From Candidatus Eiseniibacteriota bacterium (GTDB lineage: Bacteria; Eisenbacteria; RBG-16-71-46), in NCBI GenBank assembly GCA_963707915.1, contig OY970178.1, positions 2,176,001 through 2,240,000 of the forward strand: 64,000 nucleotides of DNA, read 5' to 3'. The translations under genes and the position numbers were made by a program. The notes under the pieces are model-generated. The model was not told where the DNA came from. It saw nothing but the letters and a program-made list of their open reading frames with translations, and searched no databases. Shown here in pieces: positions 46,679 through 55,821 of this stretch (positions within the stretch are counted from its first letter, which is position 1; each line of letters starts with the position of its first letter).

Positions 46679-47794
46679 ATGGTCCTTCCCGCCCCCAACA
46701 CGCTCGCCATCGTCGGTGCCGGCCCGGTCGGGCTCGAGGCCGCCCTCGCGGCGCTCGACCTCGGCTTCGACCCGCAGGTGTTCGAGCAGGGCGAGGTGGC
46801 CTCGCACCCGCTCGCCTGGGGGCACGTCCGGATGTTCACGCCCTGGGGCATGAACCTCGGGAAGCACTCGCGCGCGCACCTCGAGCAGGCGGGCTGGACC
46901 GCCCCCGATCCCGAGGAACTTCCCAGCGGCCTCGAGCTGGCCGAGCGTTACCTGCAGCCGCTCGCGCAGCTGCCGGAGCTGGACGGCCGCATCCATCCGT
47001 TCACCCAGGTGGTGCGGGCGGGCCGGCACGGCCTGCGGCGCGGCGAGCGCGCCGGCACGCGGCACCTGCGGCCCTTCCGCCTGCTGCTGCGCGACCAGGG
47101 CGGGCGAGAGAGCTTCCACCACGCCTTCTCGCTGGTGGACGCGTCGGGCGTCTACGCCAACCCCGGCTGGGCCGGCACCGGCGGCATCCCGGCGCGCAAC
47201 GAGCAGTACCTGCGCCCGCAGCTCGCCTATCACGTCGAGGACGTGCTGGGCCTGGACCGCGGGAAGTACGCGGGCCGGCGCACGATCGTGATCGGCGAGG
47301 GGACGTTCGCGGCGACGACCGTGGTGGCGCTGGCCCGGCTCGCCGACGAGGCGCCGGGGACCTCGGTGGCGTGGGTCACGCGCCCCGGCGCGGCGGAGCT
47401 CTTCGCCGCCGCGGAGCACGACCCGCTGCCCCGGAGGCGCGAGCTGCGCCTGCGGGCGCGCGCGCTCGCCTCGGGCGGGCACCCGGCGGTGGCGCACGTC
47501 GGCGGCGCGGAGGTCGAGGAGCTCGAGTTCCTCGCGGCCACCCGCGGCTACCGGGTGCTCCTCGCCACCGGCGCGGAGCCGCGCACCGAGGAGGCGGACC
47601 GCGTCATCGTCAACGCGGGCTTCGGGCCGGACGAGGCGCTCTGCCGCGAACTGGACGCCGACGAGCCGCGGTTCTTCTCGCCGGGGCGCGAACCGCACGG
47701 TCTCGAACCGGACTTCCTGCTCGAGGCCGGCTACCGGCAGGTCGCCGCCGCGGTGGCGCGCTTCGCCGACGGGATGCGCGCGGGCGTTTCGTAG
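46679..47794 (+). CDS. FAD/NAD(P)-dependent oxidoreductase (flavoprotein monooxygenase-like)
   Basis: IVGAGPVGL Rossmann motif, WGHVRMFTPW, VDASG, second dinucleotide motif VIGEG, IVNAGFGPD. Confidence 0.82.
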   Translation: MVLPAPNTLAIVGAGPVGLEAALAALDLGFDPQVFEQGEVASHPLAWGHVRMFTPWGMNLGKHSRAHLEQAGWTAPDPEELPSGLELAERYLQPLAQLPELDGRIHPFTQVVRAGRHGLRRGERAGTRHLRPFRLLLRDQGGRESFHHAFSLVDASGVYANPGWAGTGGIPARNEQYLRPQLAYHVEDVLGLDRGKYAGRRTIVIGEGTFAATTVVALARLADEAPGTSVAWVTRPGAAELFAAAEHDPLPRRRELRLRARALASGGHPAVAHVGGAEVEELEFLAATRGYRVLLATGAEPRTEEADRVIVNAGFGPDEALCRELDADEPRFFSPGREPHGLEPDFLLEAGYRQVAAAVARFADGMRAGVS

Positions 47795-47874
47795 CGCCCG
47801 CGCGGCCCGGTGGGCCGCGGCCGTGGCCCTCCCCGCTTGCCGTCGCGGCGCCGCGGGGTGCTACCCTGCGCCGC

Positions 47875-49350
47875 ATGGACCGGGATCCCGGAGCTCTCGC
47901 CGAGTTGCGCGCCCTGCTGGGCCACGACGGCGTGCTCGACGACGGGGCGGCGCGCTTCGCCTACGAGGCCGATGCGCTCACGCTCGAGCGCGGCCTGGCC
48001 GACTTCGTGGTGCTGCCGCGCTCGACCGACGAGGTCGCGGCCCTGGTGCGCTGGGCGCACGCCAACGGAGTGCCGGTGACCCCGCGCGGGGCGGGCACCG
48101 GGCTGGCGGGCGGCGCCACGCCGCGCCACGGCGGCATGCTGCTGGTGACGAGCCGCATGGACCAGGTGCTCGCGCTCGATCCGCAGCGGATGTTCGCGTG
48201 GGTCCAGCCCGGGCTGGTGAACGCGCGGCTCTCCGCGCTGGCCGCGCCGCACGGACTGCATTTCGCGCCCGACCCGTCCTCGCAGCCGGTCAGCACGATC
48301 GGGGGCAACGTCGCCGCCAATGCCGGCGGCCCGCACTGCCTCAAGCACGGCGTCACGGCGAACCACGTGCTCGGCCTGGTCGTGGTGCTGCACGACGGCA
48401 GCGTCGTGACGCTGGGCGGCGAGGCGCCGGACTCGCCCGACGCCGAGCTCGCCTCCCTGGTCGCGGGCAGCGAGGGCACGCTCGGCGTCCTCTGCGAGAT
48501 CTGCGTGCGGCTCGTGCCGCGGCCCGAGGCGGTGCACACCATGAGCTTCTACTTCCCGGTGATCGAGGACGCCTGCCGCGCGGTCTCCGCGGTGATCGCC
48601 GCCGGGATCGTGCCGGCCGCGATGGAGTTGATGGACCGCCAGACCATGGAGCTGGTCGAGGCCTGGCTGCACCTCGGGCTGCCGCTGGACACCGCCGCGA
48701 TGCTCATCATCGAGGTGGACGGGCCGGCCGTGAGCCTGCCGGCGCAGGTCGAGCGCATCACCGCCATCACCCGGGAGCACGGCGCGCGCGGCGTCCGCGT
48801 CGCGAGCGACGCGGCGGAGCGCGCCGCGCTGTGGCGGGGGCGCAAGTCGTCGTTCGGGGCCTACGGGCGCACCGGCCTCGCGTTCACCCAGATGGACGGC
48901 ACGGTGCCGCGCTCGCGCCTGGCCGAGGCGGTCACCGCGGTGTACGCGCTGGCGGCGGCACGCGGCCTGGGCGCCGGCACGCTGATGCATGCGGGCGACG
49001 GCAACCTCCACCCGCACATCCTCTACGACCCGGACGACGAGGCGCAGCGGCGCGCCGCGCTCGAGGTCTCGGAGGAGATCCTGCGCGTCTGCATCCGGCT
49101 GGGCGGCACCATCTCCGGCGAGCACGGCATCGGCCTCGAGAAGGTCCCGATGATGAGCGAGGTCTACGCGCCCGCCGATCTCGCGACCATGGCCCGGCTG
49201 CGCCGGGCCTTCGACCCCGCCGGCCGGCTGAACCCGGGCAAGGTGCTGCCGGACGGTGCCGCCGGCGACGCGACGCCGGGGCGCGAACGCGGTCCGGCGC
49301 GACGCGGGGGCAGCGGCTTCAACGAGGAGCTGGAGGGAACATGGAGCTGA
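47875..49350 (+). CDS. glcD: FAD-linked oxidase, glycolate oxidase GlcD-like
   Basis: PRGAGTGLAGG, APDPSSQ, GGNVAANAGGPHCLKHG, GSEGTLG, HAGDGNLHP, SGEHGIG, LNPGK. Confidence 0.85.
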   Translation: MDRDPGALAELRALLGHDGVLDDGAARFAYEADALTLERGLADFVVLPRSTDEVAALVRWAHANGVPVTPRGAGTGLAGGATPRHGGMLLVTSRMDQVLALDPQRMFAWVQPGLVNARLSALAAPHGLHFAPDPSSQPVSTIGGNVAANAGGPHCLKHGVTANHVLGLVVVLHDGSVVTLGGEAPDSPDAELASLVAGSEGTLGVLCEICVRLVPRPEAVHTMSFYFPVIEDACRAVSAVIAAGIVPAAMELMDRQTMELVEAWLHLGLPLDTAAMLIIEVDGPAVSLPAQVERITAITREHGARGVRVASDAAERAALWRGRKSSFGAYGRTGLAFTQMDGTVPRSRLAEAVTAVYALAAARGLGAGTLMHAGDGNLHPHILYDPDDEAQRRAALEVSEEILRVCIRLGGTISGEHGIGLEKVPMMSEVYAPADLATMARLRRAFDPAGRLNPGKVLPDGAAGDATPGRERGPARRGGSGFNEELEGTWS

Positions 49351-50573
49351 ACCGATCCGACCGCGCGGTTCCAGAACGCGGGCCGGGCGCCGAGCCGGCC
49401 CCCCACGCGGCGTGGCCGCTCGCCATCGTGCTCAGCATCGCGCTCGGCGTCGTCTTCCGGCTCACCGCGTGGCACCGCCTGGGGATGGTGTTCCTGCCCG
49501 GCTACGTGTGGGGCCCGGCGGCGGGCGGGGCGATCCTGCTCTACCTGTGGCTCGCCCGGCGCCGCCTGCGCGCGGCCGGCCCGACCGGGGACGGGACCGC
49601 TTCGCCCGGGCCCGCGCAGGTCGCGTGGGCCGCGCTCGTGCTGTCCGGCTTCGTCGCGAACGCGCTCACCTTCGCGCCGGAGCGCCCCGGCTCGCTTGCG
49701 CTGCTCGCCGCCATCCACCTGCCCCTGCTCACCTGGCTCGTGATGGGCGTGGCGGTGCTGGGCCGGGTGGACGATCCGCTCGAGCGCTTCGCCGCGGTGG
49801 TCAAGTCCATCGAGGTGTTGGTGACGGGCGCGATCTACGCCGGCGTGGCGGCGATCTTCGCCGGCGTGACGATCGGCCTGCTCACCGCGCTGCAGGTCAA
49901 GCCCCCCCCGCCGCTGCTCGAGGCGACCTTCGCGTTCCTCGTCGGGCTCGTCCCCGTGCTGGCGGTGGCGAGCGTCTACGATCCCGCCCTGCGGCCCTCG
50001 GACCAGCGCTTCGGCGCGGGCGTGACGCGGGTGTTCTTCCTCGCGGCGCGGCTCTTCCTCCCGCTCACGGCGCTCGTGCTGCTGACCGTGGCGGTCATCC
50101 TCCCGGCGCGCTTCGGGATGCTCTCGGAGAACCGCGCGACGCTCCTGGTCTTCAACGCGATGCTCTTCGCCGTGATGTTGCTGGTCGTGGGCGCCACGCC
50201 GTTGCGCACCGGCGACCTCGCGCCGCGCCCCGGGGCCTGGCTGCGGCGCGGCATCGTGGTCGTCGCGCTCCTGGCGGTCGTGGTCGGCGCCTTCGCGCTC
50301 GCCGCCGTCCTCTCGCGCACCGCCCGCGGCGGGCTCACGCCCAACCGGCTCACGGTGATCGGCTGGAACGTGGCGAACCTCCTCACCCTGGCCCTGCTCC
50401 TGCTGCGCCAGTCGCGCGCCGGCCGCGACGGCTGGGTGCGCGCGCTGCAGGCGGCGTTCGGCGAGGGGCTCGCCCTCTACGCCGTGTGGTCGGCGTTCGT
50501 GCTGGTCGCCCTGCCGCACCTCGCGCGCGCCGCGCACTGGCCGGTGTCCACCGGCCCCGGGCTCGGCGGCTGA
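49341..50573 (+). CDS. Multi-pass membrane protein (DUF4153-like)
   Basis: About 11 hydrophobic segments; LFLPLT, NRATLLVFN, GLTPNRLTVIGWN; GGAGG RBS. Confidence 0.7.
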   Translation: MELNRSDRAVPERGPGAEPAPHAAWPLAIVLSIALGVVFRLTAWHRLGMVFLPGYVWGPAAGGAILLYLWLARRRLRAAGPTGDGTASPGPAQVAWAALVLSGFVANALTFAPERPGSLALLAAIHLPLLTWLVMGVAVLGRVDDPLERFAAVVKSIEVLVTGAIYAGVAAIFAGVTIGLLTALQVKPPPPLLEATFAFLVGLVPVLAVASVYDPALRPSDQRFGAGVTRVFFLAARLFLPLTALVLLTVAVILPARFGMLSENRATLLVFNAMLFAVMLLVVGATPLRTGDLAPRPGAWLRRGIVVVALLAVVVGAFALAAVLSRTARGGLTPNRLTVIGWNVANLLTLALLLLRQSRAGRDGWVRALQAAFGEGLALYAVWSAFVLVALPHLARAAHWPVSTGPGLGG

Positions 50574-50580
50574 GGGCCGC

Positions 50581-51822
50581 GTGAAGGACGCCCCCGCCCC
50601 GCTCGATCCCGCCCGCTACGCCATCGCGGGCGTCGCGCCCCGGTCGGTGTCGCGGCCGGGCACCGCCGACGAGGCGGCCGAGGCGCTGCGCGCGGCCGCC
50701 CGCGACCGGCTCGCCGTCGTGCCGTGGGGCGGTGGCGTGGCGCTGGCGCGGGCGCGCGCGCCGGAGCGTTACGACCTGGCGCTCGACCTCGCGGCGCTCG
50801 ACCGCGTGGTCGAGCACCGGCCGGAGGACATGACCCTCACCGCGGAGTGCGGCGTCACGCTCGGGACGCTGCGCGCCGCGCTCGCCGCGCACCGGCAGGA
50901 ACTGTCGCTCGAGGGCGCGCGGGCGGAGCGCGCGACGCTGGGCGGCACGCTGGCCGCGAACGCCTCCGGCCCGCGGCGGCTGCGCTTCGGCGCCCCGCGC
51001 GACCGCATCCTGGGCGCCCGCTTCGCGCTGGCCGACGGCACGCTCGCGCGCAGCGGCGGGCGCGTGGTGAAGAACGTGGCGGGCTACGCCGTGCACCGGC
51101 TGCTGTGCGGCTCGCGCGGCGGGCTCGCCGTGCTGCTCGAGGCCAGCCTCAAGCTCGCGCCCGCCCCGGCGCGGCGCGTGGCGCTGGTCTTCGGCGTGGG
51201 GGAACGGGCGCTGCGGGACGCGGACCGCTGGGCGGCGCTGCCGGGGCTCGAGCCGGCGTTGCTCACGGTGGTCGGCCGCGCGCTCGCCGGCGCGCTGCCC
51301 GTGGCGTCCCCCACCGACCCGTTCACCGTGATCGTGGGCCTCGAGGACGACGAGCTCCGCGTGGCCCAGCAGGTCGCGGAGGTCGAGCGCCGGCTGGGCG
51401 AGCCCGACGCGCGGCTCGAGGACGACTCGGCCGCCGCGCTGTGGCAGACGCTCACCGACCTCGAGGACCTCGACGGCGCGCGGCTCGGCTTCACCGGCGC
51501 GGGGAACACGCCCGCGGCGCTCGCGGCGCTGCTCGAGCGTCCCGCGGTCGCGGCCGCGTCGCTGTTCCACGCGGCGGCGGGGCGGCTGCACGTCTACCCC
51601 GGCCGCGGCGAGGCGCCGGGCCTGCTCGGTCCTCTGGCCGAGGCGGGCTTCTCGCTGATCGATGCCGTCCCGGGCGACGGCGACCCCGCGGGCGTCGCCG
51701 CGCTCGAGCCGCCGGTCGCGCCACAGGCCGCGCTGCTCGCGCTGCGTTCCCGCATCCGCGCGGCGCTGGACCCGGCGGGCGTGATGGCGTCCGGGCCGCG
51801 CTGGGAACACGGCGTCCCATGA
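50581..51822 (+). CDS. glcE: FAD-binding oxidoreductase, GlcE-like
   Basis: VVPWGGG, ATLGGTLAANASGPRRLRFG, GGRVVKNVAGY, GSRGGL, LDPAG. Confidence 0.8.
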   Translation: MKDAPAPLDPARYAIAGVAPRSVSRPGTADEAAEALRAAARDRLAVVPWGGGVALARARAPERYDLALDLAALDRVVEHRPEDMTLTAECGVTLGTLRAALAAHRQELSLEGARAERATLGGTLAANASGPRRLRFGAPRDRILGARFALADGTLARSGGRVVKNVAGYAVHRLLCGSRGGLAVLLEASLKLAPAPARRVALVFGVGERALRDADRWAALPGLEPALLTVVGRALAGALPVASPTDPFTVIVGLEDDELRVAQQVAEVERRLGEPDARLEDDSAAALWQTLTDLEDLDGARLGFTGAGNTPAALAALLERPAVAAASLFHAAAGRLHVYPGRGEAPGLLGPLAEAGFSLIDAVPGDGDPAGVAALEPPVAPQAALLALRSRIRAALDPAGVMASGPRWEHGVP

Positions 51823-51901
51823 GCCGAAACCGCCTTTCGACGCCGCTCGCCGCCCCCGGCGATCGGCCTCCCCCCGTGCACCGACCTGGAGCGTCCCCGG
51901 C

Positions 51902-52297
51902 ATGCCGCATCTGACCCTCGAGTACTCGAACAACCTGCCCGCGCCGGTGGACTTCGACGGGATCTTCGCCCGCCTGCACGCGACCCTCGCCGAGATCGGG
52001 CCCTTCCCGCTGGCCTGGATCAAGAGCCGCGCCGTCCCGCACGACGTGTTCCGGGTCGGCGCCGGGGCGCCGGAGAGCGTCTTCGTCCACCTGACCGCGT
52101 CCATCCTGACCGGTCGCGACCTCGAGCAGCGGCGGCGGATCGGCGAACGGCTGCTCCTCGTCCTGCGCGAGGGGTTCGCGCAGGCCTGGGACGGGTGTCC
52201 GTGCGACCTCACCGTGGACGTCCACGAGATGACGCGCGAGACCTACGCGAAGGCGGCGAACGAACGGGCGCAGGCGGCGTCCCCGCCCCCGGGGTGA
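51902..52297 (+). CDS. 5-carboxymethyl-2-hydroxymuconate isomerase-family tautomerase
   Basis: Pro-1 start MPHLTLEYSNNL, IKSRA, FVHLT..IL.GR. Confidence 0.85.
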   Translation: MPHLTLEYSNNLPAPVDFDGIFARLHATLAEIGPFPLAWIKSRAVPHDVFRVGAGAPESVFVHLTASILTGRDLEQRRRIGERLLLVLREGFAQAWDGCPCDLTVDVHEMTRETYAKAANERAQAASPPPG

Positions 52298-52312
52298 CCC
52301 TTCGGGTCCGGG

Positions 52313-54595
52313 CTAGCGCTGCAGCAGGTACGAGACCTTGAAGAACGCGGTGTGGCCCGTGGCCCGGTTCCGGCCGGCGATCCGGTCGGCGTCGCCGTTG
52401 TAGCCCAGGTAGATCACCGAGCCGGGGTGGATGACGTAGCCGACCAGGGCGTCGGCGTCCAGGTGTCTCGTCTCGGTCTCGTACTGCGGGTAGACGCGCG
52501 TGTAGAGCCGCCGCGTGAACTGCCAGGTGGTCTTCGCGCCCAGCGTCCACACGTCGTAGAGCAGGTCGCGGCCGTGGTCGCGCGAGAACCGGCTGCGGTT
52601 CACGGCGAGCTCCGCGGTGAGCCGCGGCGACGGCCGAACGCCGGCTTCGACCTCGTACGCCTCGGACCAGCCGCGGAACGAAGTGGCGTCGCTGTCGCCG
52701 TAGTACAGGCCGTCCCCCAGCAGGACCTCCACGTCGAGCGCGAGCGCCTTCCAGGTGGAGTTCTGCGCGAACAGCGACCACACGGTCTTGAGGTAGTCCC
52801 GCGACTGCCAGCGCTCCTGGATGCGTTCCACCATGGTGTGGACCAGGGTCTGCTTCTGGAACCTCCATTCCATCATCGGGCTCACCCACCACTCCTGGAG
52901 GCGGCCGGACCGGTCGTGCATGACGTAGCCCTCGAGCATGGGCTGGATCGAGCGCACGACGGCGCTGTGCGGCCGCACCATGAAGCTGGAGTTCACGCGG
53001 GTCCGGCGCAGGTCCACGCGGCTGAGGAAGCCGGACTCGGCCCGGAAGTCCGGACCCAGGTACTGGTGGAACAGCTGCAGCTCGCGGATGCCGTCGCTGT
53101 AGTCGAACTCCCCGCCGTAGGCGACGTCCTCGCTCGTGTCGCGCCGCCGCTCCCGGCCGACGAGGCCGCCGCCGCCATCGGAGCGGTTCGAGAAACGGAG
53201 GGTGTCGGCGTTCGTCCGGCTCCCTGCGACCTGCCCGTGGAAGAACCAGCGGCGCGACAGGCGCACGTCGGCGTCGGCGGCGAACACGGCGTTCGCGCCG
53301 CCGTCGGGGACGAGGGTCTCGCCGATCACGGCGGGCACGGCGATCTGCCCCGCCCGGTCGCTCTGGTGCAGCGCCACCAGCGCGCCCACGCTCGAGTTCT
53401 CGCCGATCTCCCACGCCGCGCGCCCGAGATGGAACCAGCCCCTGGTCGAGGTGCCCTCGGACGGCCCGCCGCCCACGCCGGCCAGGGAACCGCCGCCGTC
53501 GTCGCGCACCACGAGGCCGCCCAGGCGCACGTGCCCGAGCCGGCCGGTGAGCTTGGTCCCGTAGGCCGGGTCGGCGATGCGCCGCGTGTAGATCAGGTCG
53601 AAGGCGGTGCCGAAGATGTCCCCGCCCTCGAGGAAGAACGGGCGCTTCTCCTCGTACTGCAGCGGATAGCGCTGGTTCACGTCGATCTGCAGCGCGTCGG
53701 CCTCGATCTGGCTGAAGTCGGGGTGGAGCGTGGCGTTGAGCACCATCGTGGAGGACAGCGCGACGCGGGCGTCGAGCCCCATGTCCCCCTGCCGCCGCTC
53801 CGCCCACGGCCCGGCGACCCCGGCGTCGTCGAAGGCGCGCTGCGACGAGAGGGTCGACGCCGCGTAGGGCTGCAGGTCGACCAGGCCGCCGCCTCGCAGG
53901 CCGGCCAGCCCGGTGAGATCGGCCGCCTGCAGCATGACGTCGCCGCCCTCACCCAGTCGGTAGAGCGGCCACGAGCAGACCTCGTCGTTCTTCTGGATCT
54001 GGCGGCGGATCCACAGTCCCCACGTGCCGGGCCCGTTCCCGGGGAAGCGCAGGGTGCGCAGCGGGATCGCCAGCTCCGCGGTCCAACCCGCGCTGTCGCG
54101 CGTGGCCTCGGCGTCCCAGACCCCGTCCCACTGCGTGTCGAGCTCGCCCCCGGTGAAGATGCCGTCGACCTGCACGCCGTACGGGTTGACGCCGAAAGTG
54201 AAGGCCCGGTGCCGGTCGAGGTAGGGGTCGAGGTGCACCCGGATGTTGTCGAGCTCCAGGACCTGGTCGCGCGGCGCCAGGCTGGCGCGGATCGCCCCGG
54301 GCCCGCGGTTCCAGCAGCGGCAGCCGAAGGTGAGGCTCGTCCCGTCGAAGAGCACGCGAACCTCGGTGGACTCGGAGGGCGCCTCGCCCTCGCGGTCCTC
54401 GATGAGGCGGAAGCCCGAGATCGGGGTGGCGCGCGCCCAGTCGGGCTCGTCGAGCACGCCGTCCACGCGGATGGGGCCGGTCGCGCGCACCGCGGCCGCC
54501 TGCGGGCGCTCGGCCGGGCCCGCGGGCGGGACGAAGACCAGCAGCGCGGCCAGGGCGGCCAGGGCGCCCGGGAGGTGGGGGACGGGACGCGGCAT
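52313..54595 (-). CDS. CBM9-like plus DUF5916 outer-membrane protein
   Basis: IRVDGVLDEPDW, FGVNPYGVQ.D, WTAELAIPL, PDFSQIEAD, EKRPFFLEG, YTRRI; beta-barrel-type C-terminus FFKVSYL. Confidence 0.85.
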   Translation of the reverse strand: MPRPVPHLPGALAALAALLVFVPPAGPAERPQAAAVRATGPIRVDGVLDEPDWARATPISGFRLIEDREGEAPSESTEVRVLFDGTSLTFGCRCWNRGPGAIRASLAPRDQVLELDNIRVHLDPYLDRHRAFTFGVNPYGVQVDGIFTGGELDTQWDGVWDAEATRDSAGWTAELAIPLRTLRFPGNGPGTWGLWIRRQIQKNDEVCSWPLYRLGEGGDVMLQAADLTGLAGLRGGGLVDLQPYAASTLSSQRAFDDAGVAGPWAERRQGDMGLDARVALSSTMVLNATLHPDFSQIEADALQIDVNQRYPLQYEEKRPFFLEGGDIFGTAFDLIYTRRIADPAYGTKLTGRLGHVRLGGLVVRDDGGGSLAGVGGGPSEGTSTRGWFHLGRAAWEIGENSSVGALVALHQSDRAGQIAVPAVIGETLVPDGGANAVFAADADVRLSRRWFFHGQVAGSRTNADTLRFSNRSDGGGGLVGRERRRDTSEDVAYGGEFDYSDGIRELQLFHQYLGPDFRAESGFLSRVDLRRTRVNSSFMVRPHSAVVRSIQPMLEGYVMHDRSGRLQEWWVSPMMEWRFQKQTLVHTMVERIQERWQSRDYLKTVWSLFAQNSTWKALALDVEVLLGDGLYYGDSDATSFRGWSEAYEVEAGVRPSPRLTAELAVNRSRFSRDHGRDLLYDVWTLGAKTTWQFTRRLYTRVYPQYETETRHLDADALVGYVIHPGSVIYLGYNGDADRIAGRNRATGHTAFFKVSYLLQR

Positions 54596-54751
54596 GCGGC
54601 TAGCTGTTACCACGACCCCGGAGGCGGAATCAAGGCCCCGCGCGGCACGGTCCGGCCGGGCCACCCGGTGCCGGGCCCCGCGCACGGGTTCCGCGCCGGC
54701 CCGTTCGCCTGCTAGCTTCCGCGGCGGAGGGCCCTTCTCAAGGAGGTCGTC

Positions 54752-55756
54752 ATGTCGTGGACCACGCTACTGCCCATCGTCCTGCTCGTCGCGTCCCCCG
54801 CCGCGCCGGGTGCGCCGCCGCGGCCCGCCCCGCTCGCGCACACGTTCTCCATCGTCGCCCGCGACTCCCTCACCGGCGAGCTGGGCGTGGCGGTGCAGTC
54901 GCACTACTTCTCCGTCGGCCCGAGCGTGCCCTGGGCCGAGGCCGGTGTGGGCGCGGTCGCCACGCAGTCGCTGGTGCTGGTGGACTACGGCCCCAACGGC
55001 CTCGACCTGATGCGCGCCGGGCTCCCGGCGCAGCAGGCGCTCGACTCGCTGCTGCGCGCCGACGCGCACAACGAGGGCCGGCAGGTGGCGATGGTGGACG
55101 CGCGCGGCGGCGTGGCCGCGTACACCGGCCGGGGCTGCATCCCCGACGCGGGGCACCACCGCGGCGCGCAGTACTCCGTGCAGGCGAACCTCATGGCGAA
55201 CGACCGCGTCTGGCCCGCCATGGCGCAGGCGTACGAGAGGACGCCGGGCGACCTGGCCGAGCGGCTGCTCGCCGCGCTCGACGCCGCGCAGCAGGCGGGC
55301 GGCGACCAGCGCGGCCGCCAGTCGGCGGCGATCGTGGTGGTGAAGGCGCGCTCGAGCGGCAAGCCGTGGGCCGACCGGCTCTTCGACCTGCGGGTCGAGG
55401 ACAGCCCGGAGCCGCTCCGCGAGCTGCGGCGGCTGGTGCGCCTGCGGCGCGCCTACCGCCTCGAGGACGCCGGCGACGACGCCATCGCCGGGCAGCGGCC
55501 CGACGAGGCGCTGCGCGACTACGAGGCGGCGATGAAGCTCGCGCCCGAGGTCGTGGAGCTGCAGTTCTGGGCCGCGGTCTCGATGTACACGAACGGCCGC
55601 CGGCCGGAGGCGCTGCCGCTCTTCCGGAAGGTGTTCGCCCGGGAGGCGCGCTGGGTGCCGCTGGTGGAGCGCCTGTCGAAGGCGGGGCTGTTCCCCGACG
55701 ATCCGAAGCAGGTCGCCGAGGTCCAGGCGCAGGCGGTGAAGGGCGCACGCTGGTGA
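54752..55756 (+). CDS. DUF1028 Ntn-hydrolase-like protein with C-terminal TPR
   Basis: HTFSIVARD, GVAVQS, AVATQS, QANLM, GGDQRGRQSAA, DLRVED; signal peptide; AAGGAGG RBS. Confidence 0.88.
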   Translation: MSWTTLLPIVLLVASPAAPGAPPRPAPLAHTFSIVARDSLTGELGVAVQSHYFSVGPSVPWAEAGVGAVATQSLVLVDYGPNGLDLMRAGLPAQQALDSLLRADAHNEGRQVAMVDARGGVAAYTGRGCIPDAGHHRGAQYSVQANLMANDRVWPAMAQAYERTPGDLAERLLAALDAAQQAGGDQRGRQSAAIVVVKARSSGKPWADRLFDLRVEDSPEPLRELRRLVRLRRAYRLEDAGDDAIAGQRPDEALRDYEAAMKLAPEVVELQFWAAVSMYTNGRRPEALPLFRKVFAREARWVPLVERLSKAGLFPDDPKQVAEVQAQAVKGARW

Positions 55757-55821
55757 GCAGCATCCTCGACCACGGACCGTCGCGCTTCGCCGAGCGCCGC
55801 CCCCGCGGTAGACTCGGCGGC

